This document shows, one piece after another, positions 44,850 through 53,547 of a stretch of 64,000 bases of DNA (its first letter is position 1; each line of letters starts with the position of its first letter). The position numbers and the translations under genes were made by a program. Under the pieces are notes generated by a model. It saw nothing but the letters and a program-made list of their open reading frames with translations. It did no database searches and was not told the DNA's origin. Source of the DNA: Candidatus Nealsonbacteria bacterium DGGOD1a (GTDB lineage Bacteria; Patescibacteriota; Minisyncoccia; Minisyncoccales; UBA5738); assembly GCA_022530585.1 (NCBI GenBank), contig CP092821.1, positions 1,025,509 to 1,089,508 of the forward strand. Direction: 5' to 3'.

Positions 44850-45353
44850 ATGGCAACAAAAAGACAAGTTTTTTATAGTTTTCATTACAAGCCAGATTGT
44901 TGGCGTGCTTCAATGGTGCGCAACATTGGTGCTATTGAAGGAAATAAGCCAGCTACTGATAATGATTGGGAAACAATCACAAGCCGAGGAGATGAAGCAA
45001 TAAAGAAATGGATAAAAGATCAGATGCAGTATCGTTCATGTACGGTTGTCCTTGTCGGTAATAAAACTGCCAATAGGAAATGGATAAATTATGAAATAGT
45101 GAGGTCGTGGGATGCAGGAATGGGTGTTGTTGGTATATATATTCACGGATTGAAAAATAGCCAAGAATTAATTTCTGAAAAAGGAGATAATCCTTTTGAT
45201 TATATAACCCACGGAAAAACCAAGAAAAAATTGTCTACGATTGTAAAATGTTACAATCCATCAGGAACCAATAGCAAAGAAAGATACGATTGGATTTCCC
45301 GAAATATAGCAAATGCAGTTGAAGAAGCAATAAAGATTAGGGATAATAATTAA
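44850..45353 (+). CDS. TIR-like (DUF1863 / ThsB-like) protein
   Basis: 167 aa with QVFYSFHYKPD, TVVLVGNKTANRKWINYEIVRS, GVVGIYIHGLKN and GDNPFDYI. Resembles Thoeris ThsB-type TIR-like proteins as I recall them. Confidence 0.65.
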   Translation: MATKRQVFYSFHYKPDCWRASMVRNIGAIEGNKPATDNDWETITSRGDEAIKKWIKDQMQYRSCTVVLVGNKTANRKWINYEIVRSWDAGMGVVGIYIHGLKNSQELISEKGDNPFDYITHGKTKKKLSTIVKCYNPSGTNSKERYDWISRNIANAVEEAIKIRDNN

Positions 45354-45397
45354 CCTTGTATATTTAGAAAAACTACATACATAACTGATTTTTAATT

Positions 45398-45552
45398 CCG
45401 CCAAAAAATCATCTGCCAAAAAATCTTCGGCATTTCGTTCTCGATCTTTTCGCTTTCCGCCAAAAAAATCAGCGGGGAGCCCCGAAATGAATGGGCGGCG
45501 TTAGCCGCCGCGCAACAAAAAATCGGGCTTTTACCCGAAAATTTGATTCTTG
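45398..45552 (+). pseudogene. Inverted repeat IR-1, right copy: orphan 3-prime fragment of a serine recombinase gene
   Basis: Plus-strand frame ..SAKKISGEPRNEWAALAAAQQKIGLLPENLILV matches the C-terminus of the 42160-43716 product. No upstream recombinase body. Confidence 0.6.
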
Positions 45553-45753
45553 TGAATCTTTATGATTCAGCTCGAACTTACTTTAGCAAAAATTGTTGAC
45601 TTTGGACAGGGTGAGGGGGCGGGTTATGCCCCCGACTAAGCTTCGCTTGCCCCTCCAAACTGCTGTTTTCCGGGGCGGCGCTCGCAAAGGGGCAGCCGGG
45701 CCCGAATCGGGGCTTGGCCAACGCATTTTAGCCGCAAGGTGGGGGGTAAAAGG
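45550..45753. repeat. ~204-bp terminal inverted repeat, left copy
   Basis: The reverse complement recurs at 54167-54369, with only a few mismatches seen (for example CCGGGGCGGCGCTCGC versus CCGGGTCTGCGCTCGC) and a 1-nt indel. GC-rich with several internal hairpins. Confidence 0.85.
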
Positions 45754-45919
45754 GGGTATTTCGCATAAAAAAATATAAATCGAAGCCAGCAGGCTTCGCA
45801 AATTTTGATAATTTGATCGTTTTTTTGTTTCGGATTAAAACATCAAATAATATGGACAAAAATTTCCATTCGAATTAATATTCTTTCTAGAATATTTAAA
45901 ACAGAGGAGGTGAAAAGAC

Positions 45920-46012
45920 ATGGAGCTTAATCCGTTGCTTATTGTTGCAATAATTATAATAATTATTGCGGGATACGCGATCGGTGAGTTGAAAAAGAGA
46001 GAATATTTATAG
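45920..46012 (+). CDS. 30-aa hydrophobic peptide
   Basis: GAGGAGG lies 8 nt upstream of the ATG. Product MELNPLLIVAIIIIIIAGYAIGELKKREYL. Followed by the hairpin GCCAGC-ATTTCAAA-GCTGGC plus a T-run (46018-46046). Confidence 0.45.
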   Translation: MELNPLLIVAIIIIIIAGYAIGELKKREYL

Positions 46013-46076
46013 ACCTTGCCAGCATTTCAAAGCTGGCTTTTTGTTTTAAAAATTTACTTATTGCGCGATTAAATCC

Positions 46077-46130
46077 TTGACACAGATTTATTGATTTGAT
46101 AAATTCTAAATTAGCTTACCGCTCGGTAAG
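46077..46130 (+). promoter_or_regulatory. Sigma70-like promoter plus palindromic operator upstream of the TetR gene
   Basis: TTGACA (46077-46082), a 17-nt spacer, then TAAATT (46100-46105). Perfect palindrome CTTACCG-CT-CGGTAAG at 46115-46130, 2 nt before the ATG. Confidence 0.55.
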
Positions 46131-46132
46131 TA

Positions 46133-46744
46133 ATGACATTTATTAAAACTATGGAAACAATTACAGTCCGATCCGAAGGTGTCGTTGGCGATACCAAAAA
46201 ATATATCATCGGCACGGCTCGACGTCTTTTTTCAAAATACAGTTATTTAGGTGTTTCGATGAGCGATATCGCTAAAAAACTCAATTTTACTAAGGCCGCG
46301 CTTTATTATCATTTTACCGGCAAAGCCGAAATTTACGGGAATGTTCTTGATGAGGTTTTTAGTGATTTAAATTCGCTGATCCTTCAGGCGTTAAACGAAA
46401 AAACGGATGATAAAAAATTGCGCCGGGTAATCACAAGCTATCTTGTTTTTGGCTTGAAAGAAAAAAACCTTGTTAAAGCGCTGGTGTTGAAATTATCACC
46501 CAAGGAACGCGATACAACCGAGCACATCGCCCGTTTAAGAGAAAGGGTCGCTGGCTTGATTGAGCCTATAGTCAAAGAGGCTTTAGTGGACAAAAAATTG
46601 GCGGAAAAAACCGACAGCAAACTTTTGACATCCCTGCTTACCTGCATGATGGACGGGCTGCTTTTGGAATGTTCGTTTCTTGATAAAAAAATCGATCCGG
46701 AAAAAGTATCGGATCAAATAATCAAAATATTATTCCAAAACTAG
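46133..46744 (+). CDS. TetR-family transcriptional regulator
   Basis: 203 aa with N-terminal HTH YLGVSMSDIAKKLNFTKAALYYHF. Confidence 0.85.
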   Translation: MTFIKTMETITVRSEGVVGDTKKYIIGTARRLFSKYSYLGVSMSDIAKKLNFTKAALYYHFTGKAEIYGNVLDEVFSDLNSLILQALNEKTDDKKLRRVITSYLVFGLKEKNLVKALVLKLSPKERDTTEHIARLRERVAGLIEPIVKEALVDKKLAEKTDSKLLTSLLTCMMDGLLLECSFLDKKIDPEKVSDQIIKILFQN

Positions 46745-46759
46745 CGCCGGTAAATTTAT

Positions 46760-47455
46760 ATGTTAAGCATCGTTATTCCCACGTTCAACGAAGAAAAATA
46801 CCTCCCGCGCCTTCTAAAATCAATCGAAAGACAAACCTTTAGGGATTATGAAGTGATTGTCGCCGACAACGATTCAAGCGACTCCACGCGGGCAATTGCG
46901 AAAAGCTTCGGAGCGAAAATTGTTTCCGGCGGAATGCCCGGTCGGGGTCGCAATCAGGGAGCGAAAGCTGCCCGCGGCGAGTGGCTTTTATTTTTGGACG
47001 CTGATGTAGTATTGCCGCCCGATTTCTTGGGAAGAGCCATGACGGAAATCAAAAACAGCGATTTTTCCGTGGCAACATGTTTGATCGATCCGTTAAGCGA
47101 TCGGCGAATCGACAAATTGTTGCATGGTTCGGTGAATCTGTATATGCGGGCGACTAGAAAATTTTTTGCCCACGCGCCGGGATTTTGCATATTTTGCGAA
47201 ATGAAAATCCATCGAAAGTCGGGCGGATTTAACGAAAAAATAAAACTCGGCGAAGACATTGATTATGTCCACCGCCTGAGCAAAATCGCCAAGTTCGGTC
47301 TGCTCCGCAATGTATGTATTCCCGTGTCGGTGCGAAGGCTTGACGAAGACGGCCGGTTCAAAATCGTTGTCAAATACGTTGCCGCCGAAGTACATCTTAT
47401 CTTTTTTGGGCCGATATATTCCGATAAGTTTCATTACACATTCGGCCATCGCTAA
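46760..47455 (+). CDS. Family-2 glycosyltransferase
   Basis: LSIVIPTFNEEKYL, VADNDSSD and FLDADVV (DxD). Confidence 0.8.
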   Translation: MLSIVIPTFNEEKYLPRLLKSIERQTFRDYEVIVADNDSSDSTRAIAKSFGAKIVSGGMPGRGRNQGAKAARGEWLLFLDADVVLPPDFLGRAMTEIKNSDFSVATCLIDPLSDRRIDKLLHGSVNLYMRATRKFFAHAPGFCIFCEMKIHRKSGGFNEKIKLGEDIDYVHRLSKIAKFGLLRNVCIPVSVRRLDEDGRFKIVVKYVAAEVHLIFFGPIYSDKFHYTFGHR

Positions 47456-47500
47456 AATTACGCTTTAAGGACAATTTCAAAAATAACCAAAAATAAAATT

Positions 47501-48835
47501 ATGCCAATGCAAATCAAGAATAACCTTAAGAAAGAAGCAGCTTTGGAAATCTTTCGTATTTTGTCGAAAAGTTCCGATGAAAACATAATCAGATTTGCTG
47601 CCATGGCAGAAACGCTCGCATCCCCGAATTACAAACCGATGATCGGAGCGGTCAGGGATATGTATGAGAAAAAGGGATCGGCCTTGGTTTTGACCAAAAG
47701 GATAATTCACGATGTGGATAAAAGATGCCAGGAAAAATTCCTGGAAAATTTCGTTTTGCCGGAACTACTGGAAAGGCTGGATAAAAGGGAAAAATCATTG
47801 ATTCAGAGATCGGCCGCCCTTTTCACGCTTTTGATTTCCCCCTCAATGAGGTGCACTTTGCATTGCAAGGGATGTTACGCCGAGAATTACAAGAAAGAGG
47901 ACGATCTTCCTTTTAATGTTTTGGACAGGGTTGTTAGTGAGGCCGAAGAAATGGGCGTGGCGTATTTTACCATTTTGGGCGGCGAACCGTTTATTCGGGA
48001 AGATCTTTTCGATCTTTACAAAAAGCATTCGGATTCTTATTTCGTTCCCTACACTAACGGCACGGTGATTACCGATAAAATTGCAAGAAGGTTACTTGAA
48101 GTTGGCAATGTCATGCCGCAATTCAGCGTCGAGGGATTCGAGGAAGATACGGATTTTAGAAGAGGCAAGGGTACTTTCCAAAAAGTAATGCAAGCGATGG
48201 ATATTTTAAAAAAGAATAAAGTTCCATTCGGTTATTCGGTCTGTGTAACTAAGAAAAACGCGGAAGTCGTTATGTCCGACAAATTCGTCGATCTGATGGT
48301 AGATAAGGGAGCGTTAATGGGCTGGTATTTCCTTTACATGCCAGTTTGTGGCGATAAAAACACAGAATTGATGCCGACGCCCGATCAAAGGAATCGTCAA
48401 AGAATCCGCCGTGATTACATCCGGGCCAATAAACCTCTGTTCATAATCGATTTTTGGAACGACGCGCCTTATGTTGGAGGTTGCATTGCCGCAAAGCATT
48501 ATTCCCATGTAACCAATTTCGGCGATGTCGAACCGTGTATTTTTACTCATTTCGCGCAAGCGAATATAAAAAATGTTTCCTTGAAGGACGCGATGGACTG
48601 TGATTTCTTTAAAGAAATAAGAAAACGCCAACCATACAGCCCGAATCTTTTAACGCCCTGTATGTTGATAGACAACCCGCAAGTCAGCCGGGAACTTTGT
48701 CAAACTTGCAAAGTTCGACCAACGCATCCAGGAGCCCAGACCTTAATGAACGAGTTAAAGGGCGACATTGACAGATACTCAATCCAAGTGCACCAGATTT
48801 TTGACAAAATTTGGGAAGATGAACATAAAAAATAG
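47501..48835 (+). CDS. Radical SAM enzyme with C-terminal Cys-rich (SPASM/twitch-like) region
   Basis: 444 aa with the CTLHCKGCYA (CxxxCxxC) cluster motif, GGEPF, and later Cys residues (GGCIAAK, EPCIF, TPCML). Confidence 0.75.
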   Translation: MPMQIKNNLKKEAALEIFRILSKSSDENIIRFAAMAETLASPNYKPMIGAVRDMYEKKGSALVLTKRIIHDVDKRCQEKFLENFVLPELLERLDKREKSLIQRSAALFTLLISPSMRCTLHCKGCYAENYKKEDDLPFNVLDRVVSEAEEMGVAYFTILGGEPFIREDLFDLYKKHSDSYFVPYTNGTVITDKIARRLLEVGNVMPQFSVEGFEEDTDFRRGKGTFQKVMQAMDILKKNKVPFGYSVCVTKKNAEVVMSDKFVDLMVDKGALMGWYFLYMPVCGDKNTELMPTPDQRNRQRIRRDYIRANKPLFIIDFWNDAPYVGGCIAAKHYSHVTNFGDVEPCIFTHFAQANIKNVSLKDAMDCDFFKEIRKRQPYSPNLLTPCMLIDNPQVSRELCQTCKVRPTHPGAQTLMNELKGDIDRYSIQVHQIFDKIWEDEHKK

Positions 48836-48858
48836 TAATAAAATTACGTTATGCAGTT

Positions 48859-49815
48859 ATGCCGAAAGACAAACTAACAAAGCTTTTGGATATAAAATAT
48901 CCGATTATCCAAGGCGGCATGGCCGGAATTTCGGAATCAATGCTGGTGTCGGCAGTGTCTAATGCCGGGGGCTTGGGCGTTATTGGTTCGGGATTTGCGT
49001 CTCCGGAATGGCTGGCCGAAGAAATTAAAAAGACCAAGACGCTTACCGATAAACCGTTCGGGGTGAATTTATTGATGCAGAATCCCCAAGTTGGCGATTT
49101 GGTTAAAGTGGCTGTTGATGCGAAAGTTCCCGCAATTTTTACGGGTGGCGGGAATCCTTTACCGTTGATGTTCTGTTTAAAAAAAGCGGGAATAAAAATA
49201 ATTCCCGTAGTTCCTTCGGTGAGATTGGCGGTAAAAATGGAGCAGGCGGGAGCGGACGCGGTAGTAGTGGAAGGGCTGGAATCGGGCGGCCATATCGGAG
49301 AAAACACGACCATGTGTTTGGTGCCGCAGGCGGCCCACGCCGTAAAAAACGTTCCGGTTATCGCCGCAGGAGGAATTTGCGACCACAAAACATTCATTGC
49401 CGCTTTGGTTTTGGGGGCTGACGGCGTACAAATGGGGACGCGCTTTTTGGCCTCATGCGAATGCCGAATTCACGAAAATTACAAGAAAGCGGTTATAAAT
49501 GCCAGCGACGAAGATATTATTGTGGTTGCTCGTTCGACCAAACATCCATTACGGTTGATCAAAAACAAATTCGCTGACCGGATTGATAAAATTGAAAGCG
49601 AGAAAATCGATTTGAAAACAGATCGTTTTTCGGGCGCGATGGTTATAAATGGCAATACCGATATGTCGCCGCTGTTATGCGGTATTTGTGCGGGCAGTAT
49701 CCGCCAAATTAAAACTTGCGACGAAATTATCAAAGAAATAGTCGGCGAATCGAATCGGAATCCTAAATTTGTTGATGAATTTATTATGGATTGCCAAAAA
49801 GCTGTTAGCAATTAA
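48859..49815 (+). CDS. FabK-like/NMO-family flavoprotein, paralog of 31327-32268
   Basis: YPIIQGGMAGIS, GADAVVVEGLESGGH and AAGGICDH. Roughly two-thirds identical by eye to the chromosomal copy. Confidence 0.7.
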   Translation: MPKDKLTKLLDIKYPIIQGGMAGISESMLVSAVSNAGGLGVIGSGFASPEWLAEEIKKTKTLTDKPFGVNLLMQNPQVGDLVKVAVDAKVPAIFTGGGNPLPLMFCLKKAGIKIIPVVPSVRLAVKMEQAGADAVVVEGLESGGHIGENTTMCLVPQAAHAVKNVPVIAAGGICDHKTFIAALVLGADGVQMGTRFLASCECRIHENYKKAVINASDEDIIVVARSTKHPLRLIKNKFADRIDKIESEKIDLKTDRFSGAMVINGNTDMSPLLCGICAGSIRQIKTCDEIIKEIVGESNRNPKFVDEFIMDCQKAVSN

Positions 49816-49826
49816 ACATCAAAACT

Positions 49827-50480
49827 ATGGATACACTTGTTTCGATTGCTTCAAGAACGGTTCTTGCCTTTCCGATAAAGAGATTGCTTATCAAGAAAAT
49901 AACCGGCCTAGAAAACATTCCCGAAAAAGGTAACTTTATTCTGGTATCAAATCATTTAAGCCATGTTGATTCTCTCATGTGCGGTTATTTGATGACACCG
50001 CGCAAATTTACTTTCTTAAGCCAAACCGATCAATATTCCGGGTTGAAAAAAGTTTTGCGAAATACCGTCTATTGTTGGGGCGGTGTGATTCCATTTAACC
50101 GCAAAGATTCTTTATCCAAGAAACAGGCAATTGCGACCGGAATAACAAAATTGCGCGAAGGTTATCGTCTTGTAATTTATCCCGAAGGCGGTAGATCGTA
50201 CGATGGGATAATGCGCGAATTCAAACCCGGCGTAGCCGTAATACACTTGGAAAGCGGTGCGCCGGTGCTTCCGATTGCGCTCAAAGGAACACGCGAAATA
50301 CTGCCGCCTCACGGCAGATTTAAAATAACGAAATCGGCGGAAATCACTATCGGGAGAATATTGGATTTTTCAAAGGAAAGGAAACAAGCAGTGAAATTGG
50401 ATAAAAAATCAGAAGAATATCGCAAAATTTGCGATAATATCGCCAAAAAAATAGAAAATGAAGTTCGGGGTTTATTGTAA
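49827..50480 (+). CDS. plsC: PlsC-like acyltransferase, third paralog
   Basis: NHLSHVDS, YPEGGRS and PVLPIAL. Same fabK-plsC order as the chromosomal cluster. Confidence 0.8.
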   Translation: MDTLVSIASRTVLAFPIKRLLIKKITGLENIPEKGNFILVSNHLSHVDSLMCGYLMTPRKFTFLSQTDQYSGLKKVLRNTVYCWGGVIPFNRKDSLSKKQAIATGITKLREGYRLVIYPEGGRSYDGIMREFKPGVAVIHLESGAPVLPIALKGTREILPPHGRFKITKSAEITIGRILDFSKERKQAVKLDKKSEEYRKICDNIAKKIENEVRGLL

Positions 50481-50547
50481 TTTTTTAAGTAACGATATTA
50501 AAAAATCTCGAAAGTGCGGAATTTTACAATAAGAAAAATTTTTCAAA

Positions 50548-51399
50548 GTGGCAAAGCGAGTATTCAAAAAATTCGAGAGAAGCCAAACCCCGCCGAAATT
50601 CCGAATCGGCGCGGTAGATATGCAGATACTAAACGACCTGACCTCTTACCGGTTCTTGGACACAAAACAGATTCTAACGCTCCATCCCGACTATTCGTCG
50701 CGGACGGTGCGCTCAAGGCTGCAGCTTCTTTTCCATGCCGGATATGTGGATCGGCCCCGCGGCCAGTTTTCGTATTACGAACACCCGCATTTGATTTATT
50801 CTCTGGCCAAAAAAGGGGCCGCGCTGGTTTCTCAAAATAAGGGACTGCCGATTATGACCGACAGGCCCCATGAAATGGGAGTGTCTTTTATGCGCCATTC
50901 CCTGATGATTTCCAATTTTCAAGCGGCTCTGCGCCTTGCGCTCAAGAAAGCCGAAGGCTTCAAGCTGGCGGTATGGCGCGATCTGGGCGCGATTGACGCG
51001 GTGCAATGCGAAGGCCAAAGGCTGCCGATTGCGCCGGACGCATTTTTTACAATCGAATCCGACGACTATTTCCTGCATTTCTTTTTCGAGGCCGACCGCT
51101 CGACAATGGCCGCCGACAGAATGCTCAACAAATTCAAAGGATACTGGAACTGGAAGCTGGAGGGCGGGCACAAGCGGAAATTGGATATTCCCAATTTCCG
51201 CGTCCTGACGGTCTGCCTTTCCGAAGAGCGGGCGGAACGCTTGCGGCTTATCGCCGCGAAAGCGAACGGGCGGGAAACCGGAAGCGATACATTCTGGTTT
51301 GCCTGCGAAAAGTTGTACGGCTTGGAAAATCCCGACAGCATTTTGACGCCAATTTGGAGATCGGCGAAGGGCGGCAGTCCGCGCCACTTGCTCGAATAA
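50548..51399 (+). CDS. Replication-relaxation family protein
   Basis: 283 aa. IGAVDMQILNDLTSYRFLDTKQILTLHP..RSRLQLLFHAGYVDR is the typical N-terminal wHTH of the Replic_Relax family. GTG start. Confidence 0.6.
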   Translation: MAKRVFKKFERSQTPPKFRIGAVDMQILNDLTSYRFLDTKQILTLHPDYSSRTVRSRLQLLFHAGYVDRPRGQFSYYEHPHLIYSLAKKGAALVSQNKGLPIMTDRPHEMGVSFMRHSLMISNFQAALRLALKKAEGFKLAVWRDLGAIDAVQCEGQRLPIAPDAFFTIESDDYFLHFFFEADRSTMAADRMLNKFKGYWNWKLEGGHKRKLDIPNFRVLTVCLSEERAERLRLIAAKANGRETGSDTFWFACEKLYGLENPDSILTPIWRSAKGGSPRHLLE

Positions 51400-51434
51400 A
51401 GGCCGATGGCGTTTTTTTATGTAAAACAAAAAAA

Positions 51435-52001
51435 ATGGCGAAAGTAAAAGAAAGCGAAATCGTCGAAGAGTGGAGCGTTTTGATCGAAGGCGCGCAAGGC
51501 CATCAGCAGGAATTTTACCAGCTCATTGAAAACCGATTGGACGAGCTGCAGCCGCCCGCGCTTTCGGTTGCGCAAGAAAAAGTCTACCCTTCGCTAATAA
51601 GAAGAATGAAAGGCGACGGCAAGCTGTTCTTGATCATCAAGAGCAAGTATTTCGACGGCTATGTCGTTAATGTTTGCGCCCAAGAGTACGGCAAGCAATT
51701 GCTCATCGCTTGGTATCTTACCCAGCGCGTCAGCAAGTTTATGCAGTTTATGGCCGCCATGCCGGGCTTTGTCGTCGTCGCGATCTACCCGGTATATCTT
51801 TTGATACAGCTTTACGACAAGATCACGAACCGCCGCGTTACGCTGGAAAATATGGACTTGTTCGACCGGCAGGAATTGAGCGCGTTCGCCGGAACCGTCC
51901 ATCATTGCGTATTGTTCGGATCGGAGAACGTCGCCGATGCCGTGAATTTCGATTTCTCAAAGGTTGACCGCAAAACAAGGGGTTTCCTGAACCTCGCATA
52001 A
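51435..52001 (+). CDS. Hypothetical protein with central hydrophobic hairpin
   Basis: 188 aa from the ATG at 51435 (MAKVKESEIVEEW...). The track ORF 51006.. extends through the upstream gene and was trimmed. Confidence 0.5.
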   Translation: MAKVKESEIVEEWSVLIEGAQGHQQEFYQLIENRLDELQPPALSVAQEKVYPSLIRRMKGDGKLFLIIKSKYFDGYVVNVCAQEYGKQLLIAWYLTQRVSKFMQFMAAMPGFVVVAIYPVYLLIQLYDKITNRRVTLENMDLFDRQELSAFAGTVHHCVLFGSENVADAVNFDFSKVDRKTRGFLNLA

Positions 52002-52005
52002 CGCA

Positions 52006-53547
52006 ATGTCCGAAGAACGGAACCGCCGGGCCTTGGCCCCTCTCAAGGCGTTTTTTAAAACTATGCTTGGAAAAAACGACAAGCCGCTTGAATCGGAAAC
52101 GAAAGCGGCGTATTTGGAATATCCGCTTTGGCGGTTTCCGATTGAGAGGGGCCGGATGGGCTTGGGCTGGGTTGACGGCGCGCTGAATCCGGCGACCGGC
52201 CTTGTGGGCAACATCAAGGGAATCGATACGAAATACCGGAGCACCCATTTTTACGCCGTGGGCGCGTCCGGTTCGGGCAAGTCGAAATTCCTTGAATCGC
52301 TTATCATTCAAGACATCCTCCAAGGCGAGGGCTTCGGCGTTATCGATCCGCACGGCGATCTGATCGAGGACATAAAAGGCTGGCTGTATTTTTGGACGCA
52401 AAGGGATTTTAAAAAGGAGATTGTTTTGATCGACCCGACGGATTCGGAGAATACGGCCAGCTTCAATCCGCTGGAAAGGGTGGACGGCATTCCGCCGGAA
52501 CGCTTGGCCGGACAATTGGTGGAAGCGTTCAAAAAGATATGGGCGGACGCTTGGGGCGAAAGGATGGCCGACATTATGCGCAACTCCTTGATCGCTTTGG
52601 CGGAAAACAATTTGACGCTTTTGGAATTGCCCCTGCTTTTGACGGAGCCGGAGGCCCGCAAAAAGATTTTGCAGAACGTCAAAAGCGTTTCCTGCCGCCA
52701 GCGTTTCAAATACTTTGAATCGCTGTCGGCCCATACTTGGCGCGAATGGCTGGAATCGACGCTTAACAAGGTGGACGCGTTCCTTTCCGATCCGGCGATC
52801 CGCCAGATATTCGCTTCTCCTAAAAGCTCTTTCAATCTGCGCGACATAATGGATAACAAAAAAATCCTGCTGGTGAATTTGAACAAAGGCAGATTGGGCG
52901 ACAGCGCGAATCTGCTGGGGGCTTTGCTGGTAAGCAAAATCAAGATGGCGGCGTTTTCAAGAACCGACATCCCGCAAACCGACCGCCAGCCGTTCTACCT
53001 CTACATCGACGAGTTCCAAAACTTCGCGACCAACAGCTTTATCGAGATATTGAGCGAAGCCAGAAAATACAAGCTTTCCCTCATACTGGCCCACCAGAAC
53101 CTAAGCCAGCTTTCCGACGATCTGCGGGATTCCATCCTTGCCAACTGCGGGATACAAGCCTGTTTTAGGGTGAACCGCCCGGACGCGCAGCTGCTGGCCC
53201 GCGAATTGATGGGGCCGATCTACCGCCACGTTCCGGGTTGGGAGTTGAACATCCAGTTTTTGCAGGAAGTCCCGCCCCGCTGCTGCTATGTCGCCAACAA
53301 GCCGGAAAACGGCATTGTCGGCATCCGCACTCTGCCCGTGCCTTCCCCGTGGGAATTTATGAGCTATGCCGACAACCAATGGGACGAAGAAACCTTCAAT
53401 TCCCTTATACGGGAAATCGGGATCGGCGCGGGCTACACCCGGAGCAGGGAGGAAATCGAGCGGGAGTGCATTGAACGCGCCAGCGGCTTGATGGCCGGGG
53501 AAGAAGAGGAGGACTTTAAGCACCATAAGAGCGACGCCGAAGCGTAA
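52006..53547 (+). CDS. TraD/VirD4/HerA-like P-loop ATPase (coupling-protein-like, no TM)
   Basis: 513 aa with Walker A AVGASGSGKSKF, Walker B FYLYIDEFQNF, and ARKYKLSLILAHQNLSQL. Confidence 0.7.
   Translation: MSEERNRRALAPLKAFFKTMLGKNDKPLESETKAAYLEYPLWRFPIERGRMGLGWVDGALNPATGLVGNIKGIDTKYRSTHFYAVGASGSGKSKFLESLIIQDILQGEGFGVIDPHGDLIEDIKGWLYFWTQRDFKKEIVLIDPTDSENTASFNPLERVDGIPPERLAGQLVEAFKKIWADAWGERMADIMRNSLIALAENNLTLLELPLLLTEPEARKKILQNVKSVSCRQRFKYFESLSAHTWREWLESTLNKVDAFLSDPAIRQIFASPKSSFNLRDIMDNKKILLVNLNKGRLGDSANLLGALLVSKIKMAAFSRTDIPQTDRQPFYLYIDEFQNFATNSFIEILSEARKYKLSLILAHQNLSQLSDDLRDSILANCGIQACFRVNRPDAQLLARELMGPIYRHVPGWELNIQFLQEVPPRCCYVANKPENGIVGIRTLPVPSPWEFMSYADNQWDEETFNSLIREIGIGAGYTRSREEIERECIERASGLMAGEEEEDFKHHKSDAEA

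Noticed and set aside
45583-45801. ORFs inside the 204-bp terminal repeats (45583-45801, 45593-45778, 54127-54336)
   Set aside because: They exist only because the repeat is GC-rich. The products are Pro/Arg/Gly-rich, and the frames are not supported by any start or RBS signal. I treated the region as non-coding repeat.
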